64,000 nucleotides of DNA, taken from the IMG/VR virus record IMGVR_UViG_3300020577_011395, positions 65,046-129,045 of that record; one strand, given 5' to 3'. Made by a program: the position numbers and the translations under genes. Of this stretch, positions 59,163 through 64,000 are shown piece by piece (the first letter of the stretch is position 1; each line of letters starts with the position of its first letter). The notes beneath the pieces were generated by a model. That model made no database searches. It was given only the letters and a program-made list of their open reading frames with translations, and was not told the origin of the DNA. This stretch comes from a virus. Its lineage: Duplodnaviria; Caudoviricetes.

Positions 59163-59425
59163 ATTTAATAATATTTATACTTGCTTGTTATGGTATGACC
59201 ATGATAGCTGTATATGGAAAAATATTTGACCCTATCAGACCAAACCATTCTTTTTTTAAATGCCCATTATGTGTTGGATTTTGGATTGGGATAATAAATG
59301 CTTTTATTCTGGATAGTAGCTTCAATTGGTTTACTGCTGGCTGCATTTCTGCTGGAACTTCTTATATGTTAGCCATGTTGATAAACGATGATGGGCTTAA
59401 AATAAACAAAGCCACATTTAAATGA
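59159..59425 (+). CDS. Small membrane protein with CxxC (DUF1360-like)
   Basis: Three hydrophobic segments and FKCPLCVGFW; TTG start overlapping the upstream TGA. Confidence 0.6.
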   Translation: MNLIIFILACYGMTMIAVYGKIFDPIRPNHSFFKCPLCVGFWIGIINAFILDSSFNWFTAGCISAGTSYMLAMLINDDGLKINKATFK

Positions 59426-59477
59426 TAGTATAGTCTATGGTGAATCAACAAAAAAATGAACAAATCTATTTCTTTTC

Positions 59478-59487
59478 ACTATTTATA
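59478..59487 (+). promoter_or_regulatory. Putative late promoter ACTATTTATA
   Basis: Intergenic, 20 nt before ATG 59508. Confidence 0.55.
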
Positions 59488-59507
59488 TCGAATGGAGGTG
59501 ATTAATT

Positions 59508-59588
59508 ATGAGATTACAAAAAGATATTGTTTATGTTCGTCGCTACCGTTTGCAAGGCGTTAGACGCTGCTGCAATGGAAGCATATGA
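59508..59588 (+). CDS. Small 26-aa Arg-rich Cys-Cys peptide MRLQKDIVYVRRYRLQGVRRCCNGSI (absent from the ORF track)
   Basis: GGAGGTGA SD at 59494-59501, promoter motif ACTATTTATA at 59478-87, hairpin directly after the stop. Confidence 0.7.
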   Translation: MRLQKDIVYVRRYRLQGVRRCCNGSI

Positions 59589-59590
59589 TG

Positions 59591-59630
59591 GCCCATTAGG
59601 CGTAAAGTTTGCCTAATGGGCTGTTTATTT
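59591..59630 (+). terminator. 11-bp stem hairpin with T-rich tail
   Basis: GCCCATTAGGC-GTAAAGTTT-GCCTAATGGGC followed by TGTTTATTT. Confidence 0.65.
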
Positions 59631-59654
59631 ATAAAAATATATAAGGAAGATATT

Positions 59655-60158
59655 ATGAAAATAACTAAAAAATATATTACCAATCTTGTCAAAGAAGCGC
59701 TAGAAACGGAACCAATGCTTAACGACAAAGATGAAGCTTCATTTTGGAAATCACAAATTGACTCTGTACTTACTTTTTTTAAAAGAGCAAATGATTTGGA
59801 ACAAGCTTTAGAGATGCATAAACAACATCTTTTAAAAAGTGGCGTCGGCCAATATACAGCAGAAGATATAATTAATAGACTTCAGAATGACAAAAGAGAT
59901 GAATTAAATAATGTTATTAGCCAAGTTTCTGAAGAAGTTGAAGGAGCAGACCAGTTTCAGCGAGATATGGAAACTGGTGCAGGCGAAGAACAAGAAGATA
60001 CAATCCGTTTAGAAACATTAAAAAATAATTTGATTGATGAATTACAAAATGTTATTCAAAATTTATCGCAAGTAAAGACTGTAGAAGAATTATCTAGTAC
60101 AGTCATAAATATACAAAATATATTGAATGTTCATGATCCGATGAGAGATAAACAATAA
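59655..60158 (+). CDS. Hypothetical acidic (possibly head-internal) protein, MKITKKYITNLVKEAL N-terminus
   Basis: AAGGAAG RBS before ATG 59655. Confidence 0.68.
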   Translation: MKITKKYITNLVKEALETEPMLNDKDEASFWKSQIDSVLTFFKRANDLEQALEMHKQHLLKSGVGQYTAEDIINRLQNDKRDELNNVISQVSEEVEGADQFQRDMETGAGEEQEDTIRLETLKNNLIDELQNVIQNLSQVKTVEELSSTVINIQNILNVHDPMRDKQ

Positions 60159-60159
60159 A

Positions 60160-60807
60160 ATGAGTAATGTAGGAATTTATAAAATTATAAATATTTTAAA
60201 TAATAAAATTTATATTGGTAGTTCCACTCAAATTAATAAAAGGTGGAAAAAGCATAAGCAGTGTCTCCGACGTAATAAACACCACAGTAACCATTTACAA
60301 AATGCTTGGAACTTGTATGGTGAGGAGAGTTTTAAAATTGAACTATTAGAACAAGTCGAGCCGTCTAAAGAAAAACTCTTAGAAAGAGAAGATTATTGGA
60401 TAAGTTTCTTTAATTCGGCAAATTCTGATTTTGGTTATAATGTTCGAATTAAAGCAGGAAGTTGTTTGGGTACGAAAAGATCAGAAGAAACTAGAAAAAA
60501 AATGTCTGAGATTGCTAAAAAGAGGGTTATAAGCGAAGAAACAAAGCAGAAAATTGCAAAAAGTATGATTGGTGATAAAAATCATTTTTTTGGCAAGCAC
60601 CATACGGAAGCCTCAAAACATAAATGTGGTGCGAGGGGAGAAAATCACGGCAGGTCTACATTAACTTTAGAAAGTGTGATAGAGATAAGAAGATTAGCTG
60701 TTTTAGGAAAATATAAGTTTATAGAGTTAGCCAAGATGTTCAATGTTCATAACTCACAAATTACTAGAATTGTTAAAAACCAAATTTGGAGAGAGTCTAA
60801 TGTCTAA
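60160..60807 (+). mobile_element. Free-standing GIY-YIG homing endonuclease with NUMOD3-type repeats
   Basis: GIYKI.N..N.KIYIGS, R...H, LQNAWN.YG, REDYWI, GYN; SEETRKKMS, SEETKQKIA, NHFFGKHHT; C-terminal HTH. Confidence 0.92.
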
Positions 60808-61402
60808 ACAGTTGTTAAGAGAGTTTTACTCTCTTTGTGAAGGTTCGGTTTGCGAAGATCTGTTAACCGAACAAGAAAAATTAGAAATAAAGAGTGGCTC
60901 ATGTTACCTCACAGGAATCATGCAAAAAGCCGATCAAAAGAATGGAAATGGCCGTGTCTATCGTAGAGAAACATTAGAAAGAGAATTAAATAATTACTTA
61001 AAAATAGTGGAAGATCGTCGCGCTCTAGGAGAATTAGACCATCCAGATGATTCAGTTGTAAATCTCAAGAATGCCTCTCACATGGTTGTCAAAATGTGGT
61101 GGGACGGCGACAATGTAATGGGTAAAGTTAAAGTTCTTGAAACACCGTCTGGTAATATTCTTAAAAGTTTAGTTAAAAGTGGTGTAAAATTAGGAATTAG
61201 TTCTAGAGGTCTTGGATCTACTAAAAAGGATGGAGATAAAATAATAGTTGAAGATGATTTTCAATTAATTTGTTTTGACTTCGTACAAGAACCAAGTACT
61301 CCAGGAGCTTTTATGATGAATGAAGGCAAAACTAGAAATATGAATGAAATCTTTAGTAAATCTGATCGTTTAAACAGAATTTTAAATTCAATTATAGGAT
61401 AA
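60800..61402 (+). CDS. Prohead core protease (T4 gp21-like, peptidase S77)
   Basis: NGNGRVY, ALGELDHP, SH, GISSRGLGS, FDFV.EPS..GA; GGAGAG RBS before ATG 60800. Confidence 0.94.
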   Translation: MSKQLLREFYSLCEGSVCEDLLTEQEKLEIKSGSCYLTGIMQKADQKNGNGRVYRRETLERELNNYLKIVEDRRALGELDHPDDSVVNLKNASHMVVKMWWDGDNVMGKVKVLETPSGNILKSLVKSGVKLGISSRGLGSTKKDGDKIIVEDDFQLICFDFVQEPSTPGAFMMNEGKTRNMNEIFSKSDRLNRILNSIIG

Positions 61403-61408
61403 AAAAAT

Positions 61409-61804
61409 ATGGGATTCGAGCACGCAAGACCCGGACTTGGAAATGTTGGTAGTTATCAAGTTAGTGGCGTACCTTGGGTAAGCAGTTCATTAATAATACC
61501 AGCTGTTAATAGCAGTTCACTTCAAATATCATTTCAATCAGTAACAAGTTATATTGTTGTTAGAAATGATGATTCTGGCAGCGCAATAAGAGTAGGTTTT
61601 AGTGCAGCTGGAGTTTCAGGCAGCAATAAAAATAACTTTGTTTTAGCACCAAATGAATCATTTGCGGCAAATTTTAGAGTTTCAAATATGTACCTGATTA
61701 GTAATACAACCGCTTCTTCGGTAGCAACAGTAATCGCTGGTTTGACAGGTATAGAAGCTAGTGCTCTTTCTACAAATTGGTCTGGATCGGCTGGGATTGG
61801 ATAA
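61409..61804 (+). CDS. S/T-rich small beta-sandwich protein, putative head decoration protein
   Basis: PGLGNVGSYQVSG.PW, IRVGFS..G, AGLTGI; lies in the head module. Confidence 0.55.
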   Translation: MGFEHARPGLGNVGSYQVSGVPWVSSSLIIPAVNSSSLQISFQSVTSYIVVRNDDSGSAIRVGFSAAGVSGSNKNNFVLAPNESFAANFRVSNMYLISNTTASSVATVIAGLTGIEASALSTNWSGSAGIG

Positions 61805-62586
61805 TGTTTCGAACTGGCTTAAATAACGGTTTCTCTTATAAGATCGATAATAATAGTGGACCATTCAAAAATACTTGGACGCCATTAAACTTTGGCACCT
61901 CACTATTAGCATGGTGGGATCCCTCATCTGGGGTTGTAAAAGACCCGGCTACAAATAGAATATCTTCATGGATTGATCGAAAAGAGAATATTATTTTAAG
62001 CCAAGCAGCTGGTGGAGCACAACCTCTTTGGACCGCAACTGGTATTAATTCTCGCCCAGCTATATATTTTGATGGTGTGCGCTCACTTGAAAAAACATAT
62101 GTAGCAAATAACGCAGAAATGCTTCAGTTATCACAAGCATCTTCAGCGGGTTGGTTTGGCGTTATAAAGCCGGATATATCTGGTAGTAGCGATACTCTTT
62201 TAGCAGTACCACCCGGTATAGTAACAACACTGTGGCTAAAACTTCACGATACAACCAATAATTATATCGGTATAAATCGTACAACAAATACTGGTCATTT
62301 TTTTTCATGTCCTAGCTCTACTTCGGCTAAACTATTGGGAGCCACAATTACTGGCAGTACAGTATACGGGCACTTTAATACAACCATAAGTGCTGGTGCG
62401 GTTATAGATACGGCAGTTTCTGGAAATGTTGGTCTGAGTTTTATGGTTGGGCAACGTCGAGTTGGAATTGTTGATGCCGATAATCTCAATGGTCATGTGG
62501 GCGATATTTTTATATTTCGTACTGCACTAACCAATATCCAAAAAAGCTTATTGGCTGAATGGTCACGTAAAAAATGGGGTTATTAA
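61804..62586 (+). CDS. LamG/concanavalin-like virion protein
   Basis: LLAWWD, ISSW.DR, QP......INSRPAI.FDG, G.VGDIFIF..AL, KWG; TAATG start at 61804. Confidence 0.72.
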   Translation: MFRTGLNNGFSYKIDNNSGPFKNTWTPLNFGTSLLAWWDPSSGVVKDPATNRISSWIDRKENIILSQAAGGAQPLWTATGINSRPAIYFDGVRSLEKTYVANNAEMLQLSQASSAGWFGVIKPDISGSSDTLLAVPPGIVTTLWLKLHDTTNNYIGINRTTNTGHFFSCPSSTSAKLLGATITGSTVYGHFNTTISAGAVIDTAVSGNVGLSFMVGQRRVGIVDADNLNGHVGDIFIFRTALTNIQKSLLAEWSRKKWGY

Positions 62587-62807
62587 TGATCCGTATTTTA
62601 AATAACATGCAAGATGCATTAAGTTGTATTAGACAACAAGAAATTTTAGAAAATATTCCGAGAGCAGGAACGGATATCTGGATGCAACAGCCAATTATCC
62701 ATCCGGGTGGGCAGCAATGGGCAGTTGTACTTTCAGATCGTGCTCCTACGATGTCGGGGGATATTGTGCGATTACCAGTGGATTGGTTCCCATTGAGTGA
62801 GTTGTAA
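62586..62807 (+). CDS. Small hypothetical partner of the LamG protein
   Basis: TAATG-coupled; W....HP..QWAV..L...WF. Confidence 0.55.
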   Translation: MIRILNNMQDALSCIRQQEILENIPRAGTDIWMQQPIIHPGGQQWAVVLSDRAPTMSGDIVRLPVDWFPLSEL

Positions 62808-62847
62808 TAAACAACTTTAAAATGTATCAAACTAGATAGGATAATAA

Positions 62848-63276
62848 ATGACGAAACAAGAACAATTAAAAAATATAATTAAACCTTTAATCAAGGAATG
62901 CTTAAATGAGATTCTTGTTGAACAAGGTTTAAAAAAAGTTATTGAAGAGGCCGTTCGTGTGCAACCTCAAGAAACTCAACAAAATTCTTATGTTGAAAAA
63001 GAAAGAAAATTTATTAGTAAAACAGTAACCAAACAGCCAAATAAGATTGAAGAAGGTAAAAAGGTCTTGTTAGAAAAAATTGGTATGGGTGGATTTGACC
63101 CGTTCAAAGGTACTATGCCAATTGATTCTGGAGATAATTCCCAAGGATTTGAAGATTCAATACCAGAAGTACAAACCATGCCAGGAATTTCTGGTAGGGG
63201 CGTAGATATATCAGGTTTACTAGGTAATAGTAAAGCAATACTAGCCGCTGCTTTAGGCAGCAAAAAGAAAGAATAA
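62848..63276 (+). CDS. Hypothetical head-module protein
   Basis: LKNIIKPLIKECLNEILVE N-terminus, FDPF.GT.P, GVDIS.L. Confidence 0.7.
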   Translation: MTKQEQLKNIIKPLIKECLNEILVEQGLKKVIEEAVRVQPQETQQNSYVEKERKFISKTVTKQPNKIEEGKKVLLEKIGMGGFDPFKGTMPIDSGDNSQGFEDSIPEVQTMPGISGRGVDISGLLGNSKAILAAALGSKKKE

Positions 63277-63284
63277 GGTGTTAT

Positions 63285-63596
63285 ATGTCAAGATCAGTAA
63301 ATTTAGAAGTTAAGCTGCCACACTACACAAAACCAACAGATGAAACAAACGATCAGCTGATAAAGAAGTTTTTAAGAGAATGTAGTAAAGAATCTCTAGT
63401 ACAATATTTATCAGAAAAAAGTTCTTATAGCCGTCGTTATGTTAAACGCTCTGTTGTAAAACGTCAAAAGAGGCTTAAAGCCAAGAGAAATGCAGTTAAA
63501 TATAATAAAGAGTTTAACGGTAATTCAATAGATGACGATAAAAAACAAAAAAAACCAAAAAAGTTTGTTTCTAGAGAGCATGAAAAAAGACAATAA
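63285..63596 (+). CDS. rpsU: Divergent ribosomal protein bS21 homolog
   Basis: V.V....E..DQLIKKF.R.C.K...V......RRYVKRSVVKRQKR..A.R aligns with the bS21 ALRRFKR..K...YEKPS..RKRK pattern; lies in the head module. Confidence 0.62.
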   Translation: MSRSVNLEVKLPHYTKPTDETNDQLIKKFLRECSKESLVQYLSEKSSYSRRYVKRSVVKRQKRLKAKRNAVKYNKEFNGNSIDDDKKQKKPKKFVSREHEKRQ

Positions 63597-63619
63597 ATAG
63601 TCGGTTAGAAACACTATAA

Positions 63620-63629
63620 ACTATTTATT
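63620..63629 (+). promoter_or_regulatory. Putative late promoter ACTATTTATT
   Basis: Intergenic, upstream of the scaffold gene. Confidence 0.55.
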
Positions 63630-63665
63630 TAAAATAATGTTTCCTGAAAGCAGGAGTAAATATAA

Positions 63666-64000
63666 ATGTCAAATTTGTTAGAACAAGCAATCATAGATGC
63701 AAACGCTCTTAAAGAAGCTGCTATAAAAAATGCAGAGTCTTTTCTTTTAGAGAAGCATTCAAAAGAATTCAAAGAAACTATTCAAAAGCTTCTAGAATTC
63801 GAAGCGCCAACTGGCTTAGGTACAGAAGACCCTCTCGCAGCAGATCCATTAGCGGCATCGGGTCAAGAAAATCCAGGAATGCCACCAGAACCAACTCCAC
63901 AAGCAGAGCCAATGACACTTGATGGCGGTGTAGAGAAAAGAGAAAATGATACAGCTTTTGAACAAGCTAAACCAGCACATATGGCTTCAGAAAATGAAGA
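63666..64000 (+). CDS. Prohead core/scaffold protein (partial, 5' end)
   Basis: MSNLLEQAIIDANALKEAAIKNAE followed by an acidic Pro-rich linker; AGGAG RBS; open to the window end; downstream of the protease gene. Confidence 0.7.
   Translation, partial: MSNLLEQAIIDANALKEAAIKNAESFLLEKHSKEFKETIQKLLEFEAPTGLGTEDPLAADPLAASGQENPGMPPEPTPQAEPMTLDGGVEKRENDTAFEQAKPAHMASENE

Noticed and set aside
53812-61402. Inteins or group I introns in terminase, portal or protease
   Set aside because: These ORFs are continuous and show no intein motifs; the GIY-YIG gene sits between genes rather than inside one.
2294-63263. Numerous minus-strand ORFs of 60-150 aa in the track
   Set aside because: All lie antisense to well-supported + strand genes, have no recognisable motifs, and show the Ser/Phe/Leu bias of shadow frames.
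59426-63665. tRNA or other structured RNA genes in the intergenic gaps
   Set aside because: The gaps are short and AT-rich with no cloverleaf or T-loop signature; only the simple hairpins reported above were found.
1-64000. Genome-wide stop-codon reassignment, as in some jumbo phages
   Set aside because: Genes are full length in the standard code, and TAA, TGA and TAG (e.g. 6900-6902, 8079-8081) all end genes at expected positions.

Overview
AT-rich (roughly 30% GC by eye), densely packed segment with all credible genes on the + strand, from a large T4-like (jumbo) myovirus using the standard genetic code. About 1-10 kb is a phage-borne sugar/glycosylation island: GDP-fucose synthase, GmhA, a Maf/GT42-like nonulosonyl-transferase, methyltransferase, glycosyltransferases, NeuA, class III aminotransferase, VOC enzyme, sugar-phosphate epimerase, SDR, a short NeuB and a minimal HAD phosphatase. 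About 10-47 kb holds a gp55-like late sigma factor and a baseplate/tail module (M15 peptidase hub, spike, gp25, gp6, a 2748-aa LamG protein, tail-collar-like proteins, gp15-like protein, a repeat fibre and tandem 396-aa paralogs). About 47-52 kb holds RuvC, primase and an Mre11-Rad50 (SbcD-SbcC) fusion. About 52-64 kb holds holin/spanin-like genes, large terminase, portal, head proteins, a GIY-YIG homing endonuclease, prohead protease, a divergent ribosomal bS21 and the start of the scaffold gene. Best candidate for an undescribed system: phage-encoded nonulosonic-acid O-glycosylation of the virion, since the island supplies synthase, CMP-activator and transferase, and a subset of structural proteins is packed with [S/T]-[G/A/S]-[S/T] triplets. 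Other leads are a novel late promoter (ACTA[A/T/G]TTA), a shared N-terminal motif that may target proteins to the capsid, and an unannotated 26-aa Arg/Cys-Cys peptide whose UGA is followed by a hairpin and an in-frame ORF. All functional calls rest on motif recognition by eye; no searches were run.
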